A stretch of DNA of 64,000 nt from positions 19,982,766 through 20,046,765 of the forward strand of contig NC_068983.1 in assembly GCF_001194135.2 (NCBI RefSeq), given 5' to 3'. This document shows positions 13,345 through 26,979 of the stretch, piece after piece (positions within the stretch are counted from its first letter, which is position 1; each line of letters opens with the position of its first letter). A model generated the notes under the pieces. It did no database searches. It worked only from the letters and a program-made list of their open reading frames with translations, and had not been told where the DNA came from. Origin of the DNA: Octopus bimaculoides. Its lineage: Eukaryota. The translations under genes were made by a program, and so were the position numbers.

Positions 13345-14160
13345 TAGATAGATAGATATCTCTCTTTATAAAGCGCACAGGGCCGAACGCAGAGGGGACA
13401 AATACAATGTAGAGCTTTTCTTTTCGAAAGAAGAAAAAAACGAAATAGAAAGTAAAGCGATCTCTCTCCCTCTGTCTTTTTTTNNNNNNNNNNNNNNNNN
13501 NNNNNNNNNNNNNNNNNNNNNNNNNNNNNNNNNNNNNNNNNNNNNNNNNNNNNNNNNNNNNNNNNNNNNNNNNNNNNNNNNNNNNNNNNNNNNNNNNNNN
13601 NNNNNNNNNNNNNNNNNNNNNNNNNNNNNNNNNNNNNNNNNNNNNNNNNNNNNNNNNNNNNNNNNNNNNNNNGTTCGTCATTCACGCATACCATCTTTGC
13701 AACGTTCACCCTCCTTTTATTGTATCTTACATGAGACAAAACTTGCCTCTCTAATCTCACCTTCCTTTTCAAGTGGTATTTGAAAAAAGTTGAAAAGCGT
13801 TTGGCCGGAAAGGAAAGTGTTTGTCTCTAAACCTTTCGCTCGAGTCCACCACGCACATTCTTTCACCATGGCCACCAGTACGATGAAAACAACCTTGCCT
13901 TCCCGGTTAAGGAAAGATGACGGGGCAATTTTCACGATAGACTCGGCCTACAACAGAATTCGTCCCACACGTGACAGCAGCCGTTCGGCATCAGCCCACA
14001 GGTCCCAAATGGTTGGACACTGCACGAGTGCGTGCAGAATGGTTTCGTCGCTTTGACCGCATCTCGGGCAAGTCGGCATCAAAGCCTGGATATGATTTTT
14101 GCAGTTCCGGTGATTGGCTTGGATCTGTAGTCTTCGAATCAGCTTTCCCATTTCTGGTTT
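13345..14160 (-). mobile_element. L1/Tx1-like LINE 3' end (ORF2 C-terminal CCHC zinc knuckle), interrupted by an N gap
   Basis: CPRCGQSDETILHALVQC fits C-X2-C-X8-H-X4-C. It is followed by DLWADAERLLSRVGRILL and, after a frameshift, KVVFIVLVAMVKECAWWTRAKGL. Confidence 0.8.
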
Positions 14161-14727
14161 ATGCATGTATGTATGTATGTATGTATGTATGTATGTATGT
14201 ATGTCTGTATTTATGCATGTATATTTGGATGGATTGATGGATGGATATACACAGATGCAGGCATGCTTGTGTGACTGCATGGCATCTTGGGTAGGTGTCT
14301 TGGGTAGGCATGGCATCTTGGGTAGGCTTGATGACGATAATATTCTTCTGAGTGGATTTGGTACACGGTAACTGAAAGTAGCATCTGCTATTTATTTTAT
14401 TATTCATCTTCTATATAAATGAAGCTATTGTTTCCTCTAATTTGCTGTTTTTCTTTACAGCAACCGAGAATATACCTTGCGGAACTGTCATTATTTTAAC
14501 GTGTTATATCTAATTATCACCCGAAGAGACACATCTACACCGATGGATGCTCCTAAACCAGTTGTTAAATATCCCACCCATGGGCGATCATTGCTACATG
14601 GGTCGAAACAATTGTAGTAATTGATAAAAAAAATTCTCGTATCTTCCATCTTTCGTCTTTTTCATTAACCAAATATATATGTTTGAGCGTGTGTGTGCAG
14701 TGGGGAGGGCTGTGCGTGTGTATGTAG

Positions 14728-14935
14728 GTGTGTATTTGTCCCCATCACTGCTTGACAACAGGCGATGATTTTTACGTCACTGTCACTAAGCGGTTCGGGA
14801 AAAGGGTTTATTATGATATGTACCATGCGTAAAAATTTTGAATACTCTACGGGTTGATTCATTCGACTTAAAGTACTTCAAAGCGTTACCTTAACTAAGC
14901 CACAGACTTATGACTGAAACAATAAAAAGATTAAC
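14728..14935 (+). mobile_element. SINE family B 3' half, diverged (a decayed 5' part lies at about 14270-14390)
   Basis: TTTGTCCCCATCACTGCTTGACAAC...TAAGCGGTTCGG...ATGACTGAAACAA. Confidence 0.6.
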
Positions 14936-14963
14936 AATAAAAGAAAGATAAAGGATATACATA

Positions 14964-15026
<63 letters not shown>

Positions 15027-15954
15027 AAAAAAGACGGAAGGACGGAGGTATGGCTTATTTGTGAGTATCTATTTTGTGTATATTCTGTTCCATCTCTATG
15101 TATGGTACATTTTAATGTTTGTATGAGTGCGTTTCTTTGTGTGAAATTGCTACTGTCACATGAAGCCAACAATTCCAGAATGGTGGACATATTTTTTTCA
15201 CACTCTTATTAATGGAAGTGGCCAATTATTCATAAGAGATACATTCTTAGAAATCATACTACCATCACTTGAACACAATTTATGTTGTGTTTTTTTGCTG
15301 TCACTGATTTCTTTATGCTACTCCAGTTTATCTTATGCAATCTCTTAGCTTCCGTTAGGTCATATTTTTGTATATGTGTGTTTTGATAATCAAGTGATTA
15401 TTTGTGTGTGTGTGCCCGTATGTGTGTGTCAGAATATATGTGTCCATGCGTGTGTGAGCGTGTATGTACATGTGTGCATGTGTGTATGAGTTTGTGCGTG
15501 CGTGAAGATTATATTGAGTGGTGCACAAATTTTATATATCAAGAAAAAGAAGAGTTGTGAATAATTATTTATTTAACGCTTTCATTTCGTTTCAAAGAAT
15601 CATCTTGAATGATTTTTTTTTCACAGAAAATGTATGCCTTTTATATATATGCGAGTCATTTGAAAAAATCGAGAGTTGAGTTGGGAAAAGAATGTTCTTT
15701 GTTATTGTGAATCTATAGATGTGTGTATATATACACAGACATACACATATATATACACATACGCATATACATATATACATAGTTATATTGATTTAAATCA
15801 ACAAAGTTCAATTTCTTCTCAGTTCAACCACAATGTCATTCAACTAACTCGTTTATAAAAGGCATAAATTTCTGTTAAAACCTCATTAATGAGGAAGCTT
15901 TCAAAAAGAGATGAAAGCACTAAATAAAGAGTAATCTCAAACTCTGACAACTTC

Positions 15955-15997
<43 letters not shown>

Positions 15998-17287
15998 TGC
16001 ATACCTATCTATCTATCAAACTACACACTATATATGCCGTGCCTGAAGATTGTGCTAGGACACCACAGGTGTTAGAGAGTACTGTCTTGCATGCTCTCAG
16101 CACATGAAACTAACATTATTCCATAAAAATATATATTATGTTTATTAAATAATATCTAACTCACACCAGTTAAACTACGTCATTGCTGATTTTACCATTA
16201 TGGAACAGTACACTGCGTATATGTGTGCGTGAGTGTGCGTGTGTGCGTGTGTGAGAGAGAGAGTGAGAGAGAGAATACATACATTTGCATATATATCTAA
16301 GTGTGTATGTATTCATGTATGTATGCATTATTTTGTGTCATACAACTTTATTCGTTTGAAAAACAATTTCGAGCTACCTATCAAATTTTTAATGAATTTT
16401 CATTATATGAACTGTGAAAACAATGGGGCAAGCAATAAATAGGTTAGTTGCACAAGTGATAGATTATAAGGAAATAGTATTAAATTTGTTTCTAAAAATA
16501 TGGAAATATGCATCAGGACGGAAGAGAAAAAAAACGACTACGTATTTTAAACAATAGATTTAATGTCAAACTTAACAGGCTAACTTTTTTCTTCGACAGT
16601 TCTCTTAACAAGAGACAATCTGTGCTTAATAGATATATGAAATGAGTGCATGTAACCGTATACAATAAAAATATTTGTAGAAACATTCACGAAATGTTTG
16701 TAAATATTATATCATCATCACATATAAGTATTGGTATTGTCTTGTTTTGTTTTGTTTTTTTATCTTGTTAAACAGCGAGTGAAATATTTTATTGAATATT
16801 GTGGGATATATATTGTGAAATATTGTGCTAAATATTTGGTAATTATTTTACTTTTCGTATATTTTAATGAAAATATCCTTTAGAGGACATATTTTTTCAA
16901 AGACACTTTCAGCAAGATTTTAGAAATCTACTAAACATGCGTTTTTGTAAAAAAACAAAAAGCTATATTTATCTTTTTTTTTTTTCATTTGTTTTTAAGA
17001 AAAAATAAACTTACTGTTGATGTAAATTTAAAATTGATTTATGGAGACTATCTACAGAAATATACAGCTAACGTAAACACAACTGTAGACATCTAGATAC
17101 ATTATAATACGAATTTACAGGCAGCCGAATAAACATACAGAAATTACAATTTCATTGTTGTGTTACTTTTCTCGTAACAAACACGTCAAATTGTTTGCAT
17201 ATAACATGTAACATTGATGGTAGTTATTAAAATGCAAAACAAGAAACTAATAGTTTTCCGCAAATTAAGAAACAGATGAGTATTAAT

Positions 17288-17397
17288 ATTAGTCTCATAT
17301 TTTGATACAAGGCCAGCAATTTCAGTATAAAGACAGCCGAAATACCACTAAGCATTTTTCCCGGCATGCAAACCATTCTACCAACTCACTGCCTTAG
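17288..17397 (-). mobile_element. SINE family A, internally deleted copy
   Basis: Reverse complement has the family A head (AAGGCAGTGAGTTGGTAGAA...ATGCTTAGTGGTATTTCG) joined directly to tail type 2. Confidence 0.65.
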
Positions 17398-17425
17398 AAT
17401 GTATACAGAAATTAAGTTCGTTTTT

Positions 17426-17645
17426 AAGGCGGTGAACTGGCAGAATCGCTTCTGCGTTCGGCAAAATGCTTAGCGGTATTTCGTGCGTCTTTACGTTCTG
17501 GGTTTCAATGCCGCTGAGGTCGACTTTGCTTTTCATCCTTTCTGGATCGAGAAAATAAGTACCAGTTGAATACTGGAATCCATCTAATAGACTTACCCCT
17601 TCCCCCAAAATTGCTGGCCATGTGCCAAACCTTGAAATCAAAATT
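17426..17645 (+). mobile_element. SINE family A (tail type 2)
   Basis: AAGGCGGTGAACTGGCAGAA...GAGGTCGACTTTGC...AAATAAGTACCAG...CCCCAAAATTGCTGGCC. Confidence 0.85.
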
Positions 17646-17675
17646 TAAGTTCGTTTTGCAACCAACTTGTTAAAA

Positions 17676-17879
17676 TGTAGGGTGTCCATAAATTACCTCT
17701 ACAATTTGAAAAGTTCAGTAAAACTAGTGAAAAATAAGGATGTTTTGTAGGAAAACATAGATGAACAAGTAAAGTGTTATTGGTAACATAACAATTTTAT
17801 GTGGGCTCCATTTCTTTAAAGTCACATGTCTAGTCGATAAATTGTGGAAGTTGTAAAGATAATTTGTGAACACTCTGTA
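17676..17879. mobile_element. Tc1/mariner-type MITE
   Basis: Imperfect terminal inverted repeats of about 30 bp (TGTAGGGTGTCCATAAATTACCTCTACAAT vs reverse complement TACAGAGTGTTCACAAATTATCTTTACAAC). The CAGGGTGTCC-type end and right-hand TA fit Tc1/mariner. Confidence 0.6.
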
Positions 17880-19609
17880 ATTCCTGCAGCCAGTTGGTGA
17901 GTAATATCTCTTGGTATTTTCAGAGCAGTGTGATGGTGGTTACAGTATTCAATTATTTGTTACTACGTTGGCACTTGAAATTACATCAAGGACAGCTTTC
18001 TTTTTGCACTTAGGTTTATTAAAATTAAGAAATAGATAAATATAGGTTTCTATATAGTCGACTATATTCTATCTGAAATGTAAGGCTTTATTCCAATGTC
18101 AGAAATGTATTTTTGTGTTGTAGAGCTGAGGCTCTGCAGAATCGATAAAACGTCTAACGAAAGACCCTTGCAGTAAATCTTTATTGCAGAACTGTCGGAA
18201 ATGTTAGTCTTATAGTCTTAACTGATTTATCCTATGATGTCTCGTCCTTTTATGTTAAGAGCTCTAATGCCCCAGGGTCAACTTCAGTTTATATATATTT
18301 CATAGACGTTCAAATAAGCGGTAGAATGATATGGAGATTCGTAAATCAATTTATTTAACTACACCTGACTCTCATAAATACAGTGACGAAATAAGGAAGC
18401 TGCTTTCGACATGTTAATTACTCTGGTTAAGAGAAATAAATGTGTACTGGCCTGAATTATTTCTAGTTTGGGTCTTCTAGATATACCATTTCAAATCCTT
18501 CATAGTCAACATATACATTGCCTTCGATGCTTGTTGATAAAATAGAGGGTATTTTCAAAGTTCATTTTATATTTATATCAAATATTTTCCTTGCGATTCG
18601 TTTTTGCATATCTTTAATATCTTTCGTATTTTGTAATAAATATCTAAGTATATTAAGATCCTCAACTGATCTGAAACGACCTCGGCTGCTGTACTAAAGT
18701 TTTACAACAAAATGATCTGTAAGCCAACGTCATAGCAGGTTGATTGCTAACCACACTAAAATATTAATATCCATTTATATGTTGTGGGGACAGAAGTTAA
18801 TTTGCTGATTATAATTCGTGTCTGAAGAATTTGAGAAGTATGTAAAGGAAAAATAAACCTAACAATAACATCGACAATGTTTTCGATTATTCTGTTTGTT
18901 TTTGTTTACATAAATGCCGCGGGGACGTTTAAAATACCATGTATATTTTAATGATATAATATTAATATATGACTTCAACAACAAAATTGGGTTCTGTCAC
19001 AGAATTTCTTTGTAATGACTACTTTAATACGATACAATTATTCTACCTATAATTATATCTTCAGAATAGAATGTGGTTTTATGTGAGTTTGACGTTTAGC
19101 GTTATGTTAGAGTAGTCACTGTTTTATCAGCAGACATTTACGTAGTAGAGAGACGATATTTGATATATTGATATTCACAAGATTGAAAGTCTGCAAAGGT
19201 TTTCACGTTTTCTTGTGACAAATTATTGAATATCAATGAAATCCAATTTCCTAGTGTAGCTCTATTATCAACCAACTTATTGCAAATATCAATGGAGATG
19301 GGGGAGATTACTTGTAGATTACTTCGAAATTAATTGGAGATTGATTAGTTACTGGAATAAATCTTAAACCGGTTATAGAACAATCCAACTACAAACAGCA
19401 GGTCACCATAGAATTTACACAATGAGGATGCAACATTAGTTTAAAGTGGAGGCGTTTGGTGGAGAGATAGAAGAAGTGGCATGGTGTTTCACAAAATATC
19501 TTGTGATACAAAACGGTATTTCAATGTTCTGTGTTCACTTTTCAACGATTTTGGTTTTACCTTCGATTTCTTCTGATGTGTAGTAGTAGACCAAGCTGGT
19601 AAAATCAGT

Positions 19610-19790
19610 TGCGAGTCGACATATCTTTCAGTTCTTTACGTTCTAAGTTAGAATTCCGCCAAAAGCATCTTTCCTTTTTGTCCTTTTTAGATCGAATAAA
19701 ATACCAGTCGAGTACTGATGGCCATGTAATTGCTTGATTAATCCTCTCTTCCAAAAATGTCTGGCCTTCTGTAAAAATTTGTAACAATTA
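19610..19790 (-). mobile_element. SINE family A, old diverged copy
   Basis: Reverse complement ACTGGTATTTTATTCGATC...GGCGGAATTCTAACTTAGAACG matches the family A body. This explains ORF 19605-19787. Confidence 0.6.
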
Positions 19791-20570
19791 TTAGTATTCT
19801 GATTATTCAACTATAAATTTAAGTCACTTTTGATTCGAATTTGTCTTCCATTTTCCCAGGGTTTAATATAAAAAGAGAAACTTTATATGTTATGCTGGTA
19901 TAAAAATGTCTGATATTGCGGCGGAGATTGTTACTTTCTTCTTGGTTTGATATCTTCATGCGTTGCTCACGTTGAGTTATTTCATTGACGCTTTCCCTAC
20001 AAGTCTTTCTTCCTGTGTACTTAAAAATAATAACAGCCTACACACTTTCATATGGCCTCCAGTTTTCTACCACCCTCATCTCTCGTTAAAAGTTGCCTGT
20101 CATTTTATGACAGCCTAAAGAAATTGGGAAAATTAATTGCAAATAGTTGCTTCAGATTGTTTTCAAGTTGTATGTATTCCACACTAATCTTTCTCGAATC
20201 GTTTCTGTACAAGATACATGAGAGTTGAATGATGGAGATAATGACAGTGGTTTATTTACAAGTTTATCGCTCCCTTATATGGCTGCTTCTGACTTGTTTC
20301 GAATGTCTTCAGAAATTCAACTTCACAGGTGTTCCAACTTCAATTGCTATTCGTGACAGCTATGTTTCAAACAAATGTTGAGATCTTTGAACATGATAGC
20401 CTGTAAATGGTCTATTGTTGAGTAAAATTCATTCCACTTCTATTTTACCATTCATTGTGATTGAGAGAAAGATTTTCACGGTTTCTAATGCAAAGACTCA
20501 GTGGAGTAAGGTGAATACTTATTTTTAAGTGTTTCACAGATTTAGATAAATAGATAGATAGAAAAATAGT

Positions 20571-20650
<80 letters not shown>

Positions 20651-21204
20651 TTGACAGGCAGACAGACAGACAGACAAACAGAATGATAGATAGAAAGATA
20701 GATAGAGAGATAGATAGATAGATAGATAGATAGATGGATGGATGGATGGATAGATAGACAGATAGATAGACAGATAGAAAAAGAGAGAGATTTTTGGAAG
20801 TGTATATAAGAAAATATGCAAGTATTATGTATGTATGTAGGTAGGTAGGTAGGCAGGCAGTTAGGTAGGTAGGTAGGTAGGTAGATAGGCAGGTTGGGAG
20901 AGGGAGACGGGAAAGAGAAAGATAAGGAGGGTGAGTGAGGGAGGCAGGTGCTACCACGTATATACGTGGATAGGTAAGTACATGAATATATACACGTACA
21001 ATAGTATGGGATATGTATGTAAGGATATAGGTAAATGCGTACATGCGTATGTAAGTTGGTATCTCGTTGGGCAGATAGGAATATTGTTGTTAGGGTGGGA
21101 ATGTGAGTAAACAGGTATGTAAATAGGTAGAATGATTGGTGTACATGTAGTATCTGAGATGATAAATGTAAGTCAGCGTAAAATTTTAACGTAATACAAT
21201 TGAA

Positions 21205-21390
21205 CCATTCTTGACAGCTGGTGTTTGTGTTTTGGGGTCACCGCAACGTAGCGCATCGGCAAAAGAGACTAATAGAATAAGTACCAGATTTTAAGCAAAA
21301 TAAGTACTAGAGTTGATTCGCTCGATAAACACTCTTCAACGCGGTGCCCTAGCAAGGCCGCAGCCTAATCACTGACACAAGCATAAAAAA
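21205..21390 (+). mobile_element. SINE family B 3' half
   Basis: CGGCAAAAGAGACTAATAGAATAAGTACC...GCGGTGCCCTAGCAAGGCCGCAG. Confidence 0.65.
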
Positions 21391-23390
21391 TAGACACCTT
21401 AAAACCAAACGGTTGTTCTGTGCTAGTTGCATTCTTCCTCTAATATTTTTAATTTTCTTTTGCCTTTTCAATGTACCGAAAGACATTTTTCCCCTTAGGA
21501 TTTCATTTTGGTAACTGTTTCAATTTGATTCGATTTACTTACATTACTAATACCTGTCGCAAAAAACGAAAGTCGTGACACCTTCTCGATGAAGGTGAAG
21601 TATTTCCAGTTAACTTTAATGACTAGGTGGCGTTTCATTCATATTTTTCGAAACGAATGTATTTACAAGCTTAACTCTAATATCATAAGAGGTGGCATTT
21701 ATAATTACAGCTAGAGGGAGAAGATAATTAGATCGTGTGTATATAGAAAGAAAGTTAAGTTCAAATAGAACAAATATTCAGGGAATATAAATATATGTAT
21801 ATGTGTGTAATATATATGTTTGTGTGTGTGTGTGTGTGTGTATACATATATATATAGTTATATATCTATACATTGAAAGAGAGAGAGAGAGAGATAGAAA
21901 GAGAAGCACGCACAGAGAATGAGTGAGATAACTGTTATACTGATTCTAATACACATTTACACATATATTCCTGTATACATATATGTATGCATGTATGCAT
22001 TATGCATGTATGTAAGTATCTATGTATATATAATAAACATCATGTAAAAGCTGCTTTCATAAAATAAAAGTACATAGACACGCATGTACAGTTATATATA
22101 TATGTGTGTGTGTGTGTGTCGGTGTGTGTGAATCTATATATATATATATATATATATATANNNNNNNNNNNNNNNNNNNNNNNNNNNNNNNNNNNNNNNN
22201 NNNNNNNNNNNNNNNNNNNNNNNNNNNNNNNNNNNNNNNNNNNNNNNNNNNNNNNNNNNNNNNNNNNNNNNNNNNNNNNNNNNNNNNNNNNNNNNNNNNN
22301 NNNNNNNNNNNNNNNNNNNNNNNNNNNNNNNNNNNNNNNNNNNNNNNNNNNNNNNNNNNNNNNNNNNNNNNNNNNNNNNNNNNNNNNNNNNNNNNNNNNN
22401 NNNNNNNNNNNNNNNNNNNNNNNNNNNNNNNNNNNNNNNNNNNNNNNNNNNNNNNNNNNNNNNNNNNNNNNNNNNNNNNNNNNNNNNNNNNNNNNNNNNN
22501 NNNNNNNNNNNNNNNNNNNNNNNNNNNNNNNNNNNNNNNNNNNNNNNNNNNNNNNNNNNNNNNNNNNNNNNNNNNNNNNNNNNNNNNNNNNNNNNNNNNN
22601 NNNNNNNNNNNNNNNNNNNNNNNNNNNNNNNNNNNNNNNNNNNNNNNNNNNNNNNNNNNNNNNNNNNNNNNNNNNNNNNNNNNNNNNNNNNNNNNNNNNN
22701 NNNNNNNNNNNNNNNNNNNNNNNNNNNNNNNNNNNNNNNNNNNNNNNNNNNNNNNNNNNNNNNNNNNNNNNNNNNNNNNNNNNNNNNNNNNNNNNNNNNN
22801 NNNNNNNNNNNNNNNNNNNNNNNNNNNNNNNNNNNNNNNNNNNNNNNNNNNNNNNNNNNNNNNNNNNNNNNNNNNNNNNNNNNNNNNNNNNNNNNNNNNN
22901 NNNNNNNNNNNNNNNNNNNNNNNNNNNNNNNNNNNNNNNNNNNNNNNNNNNNNNNNNNNNNNNNNNNNNNNNNNNNNNNNNNNNNNNNNNNNNNNNNNNN
23001 NNNNNNNNNNNNNNNNNNNNNNNNNNNNNNNNNNNNNNNNNNNNNNNNNNNNNNNNNNNNNNNNNNNNNNNNNNNNNNNNNNNNNNNNNNNNNNNNNNNN
23101 NNNNNNNNNNNNNNNNNNNNNNNNNNNNNNNNNNNNNNNNNNNNTATATATATATATATAAAATTTATTAATGAGGGTAGAAATTGATATTAATCAATTA
23201 AAACCATGGTACGTATGTTTATCGTTTTTTTTTAATTTAGATTTTTTTTCATTTGTCTTGCCCTTTTACAGTCAGTCTGTTGTGTCACTAAATTTTTACT
23301 GAGAACATATATTTCTTTTCGTGGTTAGATGATTCGGCATCTATTTCTAGCATATAGGAGTCCACTTTTGCAGGTTATTCCTCTTATTTT

Positions 23391-23467
<77 letters not shown>

Positions 23468-23924
23468 AACCAAAATCCACCCTGATTCACCACCTTGTTA
23501 ATTAGTCATTTCTATTGATAAACTTACGCAACCGCGTTTTCCAAGAGAGCTCAGTATTAACCTTGCTATTTCGCCTTGTAAAAGCACCACACAACAATTT
23601 TAAGAATAAGTACGGTGATGTGTACATCTTGCAGAATGGTTAGCCTAACTACCTGTTTTACCAGTGTATGCAAATGGCTAAAAGCAGCAGAATGTTCTAC
23701 ACAACATCGTCAATAACATCGAGAAAGGTAGACAAATGTATAAGGTAGACAAATGTATAAGGTAGACAAATGCAATATATATCGTGTGTAGATTGCATCG
23801 ATAACCAGCTGGAGGGGGATCCTCCTGCGATTAAAATCGGTAGTAACGCCGATTCCTATGGAACAACTATATTGATGTGGCAATAAACATTACTTATATC
23901 AAAATATAAACATACATAACCATT

Positions 23925-23990
<66 letters not shown>

Positions 23991-25261
23991 CAGGCAGAAA
24001 GGCAGGCAGACAGATAGGCAGACAGACAGACAGACAGATAGATAGATAGATAGATANNNNNNNNNNNNNNNNNNNNNNNNNNNNNNNNNNNNNNNNNNNN
24101 NNNNNNNNNNNNNNNNNNNNNNNNNNNNNNNNNNNNNNNNNNNNNNNNNNNNNNNNATATATATATATATATATATACACGTGTGTATGTTTAATGTGCG
24201 TATGTATATATACGTATATATTTATATATGTATATGCGAGTAAAAATAAATACAAAAAAGGGGGGGTTGTATGATTGTGTATAGAGGAATATATTATTGT
24301 GCTTAAAAGAGTTCCAACACTGTCTGTTTTTTATGTTTTATTTATATTCCTGCAAAACCAATGTGGGATATAGAATATGGAATATACAATATATAATATA
24401 AAATAAAAATGGATGGTACTATGAAATAAAGTATTGAATGTCTTATTGAATATATGGAATATGTCTTATTGAATAGATGAAATATTGAGTGTTCAATATA
24501 AAGGATTAAATATATAAAGGCGAATACGTATTTTCTATACCTTGTGGTATTTCAACATGGCCGGTATGACAGACTTTAACAGACACATCCCCTCTCGTTC
24601 TTCCTCTGTTTTCTACTACGTATCTCTCTTTACCCCTCTCGTTCTTCCTCTGTTACTACTACGTATCTCTTCCCCCCCCCTCGTACTTCCTCTCTTCCTC
24701 TTTTCCTATCGTTGCTCACCTATTCTTCTACTTCCTCCTTTTGTTTCTCCCTCTACCACTCTCTCTCTTCCCCTTACACCGGCATGGTCACATGCTTCCG
24801 GTCAATAATCCTTTCCTTCCTTGGCTATCGCCAAGCAAACACGCGAACTTACTTCGTCCCCACTTCCAAGTTTGTGCCTCACAGCGTTCATACGCACATA
24901 ATTTTTCCCGTTTGGCCGTATAGCCTTTTCCGTTTGTTTTCCTGTCTTGTCTTTTTTCCGCCACTACATTCCTCCATGGCAAGGTTTAATTTGTGTATAC
25001 AAATTTAATTTGCTGTCCATGGGAAGAGCCGTTTTAACGATCCGTCCTACCCAGCTCTTCGAAACGCCGGTGTTAAAACGGGAGTAGCTGATGAAGGAAA
25101 ATGTTCTCTATGTGGCTTGTGTGTTTTCTTGTCTACGTTTTCTTTGCAATGTCCTGTACCCAAATATGCACCTATACATACAGGTGGATGTCGGTATACA
25201 CATACCTGTACGTATATATNNNNNNNNNNNNNNNNNNTATATATATATAGATAGATATATT

Positions 25262-25304
<43 letters not shown>

Positions 25305-26045
25305 AGACACTAACATATATGTGTGAGTGTGTATGTGTGTGTATACATATTCACATTTTATCAGCCACTCTTTCTCTTCCTCAGTATCTGCATATATATT
25401 TACACACACAAGCACGTGCAGACGTACAAAAACACACACAGACACACACACACACATACACACACACTCACACACACACACACACACACACGCACACACA
25501 CCTATATTATTTATGTTTCCTTCTTTTTCGTTTTTCGTTTTCTTCCCATTCATTTACATATTTGTGACGAAAGTGAATTGACCGAATAAATATGGTGTCA
25601 ATACTTCGGCTCATATATCTTCTTGTCTTTGCATAGACGGTCCTGATTCCGGATAGTAGCGTAAAGTGACGAACCTGACGCTCAGACGATATAGCTTACA
25701 GAGCGGAAATTAAATACCAAGCTCGTAGTTCGGTAATTTAGCACCAAATCAAGCTGTCAAAATGCCTAACGGCTATTTGGTTTGCTGGATTGTGTTCGAA
25801 TTCATTGCTGTGTATGTCATCTTATTTCCTATTCGTCTTATTTATATGACTAAGGCAAAATTCGATTATTTATGCGACTATATGTTTGGATGATTGCAAA
25901 TTTTTGTAAAAGTCTACTTGTTTAATTATAGCTATCTATAAGAATTTTGTGAGGTTTTTGTTTCAATTTTATTTCTTTATTTATTTATTTTGACAGAAGA
26001 TGGAATATGTATGTGCAACAGATAGATAAAAAGATACAGAAGTGC

Positions 26046-26084
<39 letters not shown>

Positions 26085-26839
26085 NNNNNNNNNNNNNNNN
26101 NNNNNNNNNNNNNNNNNNNNNNNNNNNNNNNNNNNNNNNNNNNNNNNNNNNNNNNNNNNNNNNNNNNNNNNNNNNNNNNNNNNNNNNNNNNNNNNNNNNN
26201 NNNNNNNNNNNNNNNNNNNNNNNNNNNNNNNNNNNNNNNNNNNNNNNNNNNNNNNNNNNNNNNNNNNNNNNNNNNNNNNNNNNNNNNNNAATCAAGAGGG
26301 GAAAGATGTGACCTAGAGATGTAGTATGCATATAGAATGGTAGGTGTGTGGCGTTATATACTGGAGAATTAAAATATTATTTCAAACAAGCTCAAATTTC
26401 CTTCGTCATTCTTACTGAGCCATAAGAATATGTCTGCCTCTAAAAATGTCTGCCTCCCGCTCTCCTTGTCTTTATGTATGTTTGTCGCTCTCTTTCCTCT
26501 GACGTTTATTTTTATTTTTTTTTTTTTTGCTTAAACACGCCGGTAGTATCTTATTTTTCTTTCTACTTTTGTATTCCCAGTGGGCTCCTTAGAAGAAGCA
26601 TTATACAGCTACCGCTTCATGTTTTGTTGAAAACAATAGTGAGGATTATGATGGTTGGAGGTAAACGGTGCAGAACTTCCGTCTTGGAAGTCATCCAATC
26701 ACGAATATATTATTATAATGCTGCATAAATATGATTAAAACAAGACGATATACATATACAAATGTAAAGGTATCTGTCTGACTTATGAGATACTTGACCT
26801 AAACATCACAAATTTGCATTGGCACAAATATAGCTTTGT

Positions 26840-26979
26840 TTTCATAGGCGCAAATAAACTCATTTTCCAGCCGTGCAGTTTAGGTTTCAGCCCTTTTGCA
26901 TGGCATCCTTGTCAAGTCTATTCTAATACAGTCCAAGGCCGATTAATTGAATTCCGTTGACGGAAACTCTATTGAAGCC
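26840..26979 (+). mobile_element. SINE family B 5' part, interrupted by the 26980-27145 insertion
   Basis: GCATGGCATCCTTGTCAAGTC...GACGGAAACT...GAAGCC, resuming as CGTCG plus (AT)n at 27146. The intact junction AAGAAGCCCGTCGTATA is seen at about 49534-49550. Confidence 0.6.

Noticed and set aside
14461-14620. Strong plus-strand acceptor TTTTTCTTTACAG with a following open frame
   Set aside because: The peptide is unrecognisable, with no clear donor before the stop.
23811-23854. HDV-like ribozyme suggested by CCTCCTGCG
   Set aside because: No P1/P2 nested double pseudoknot pairing could be built.
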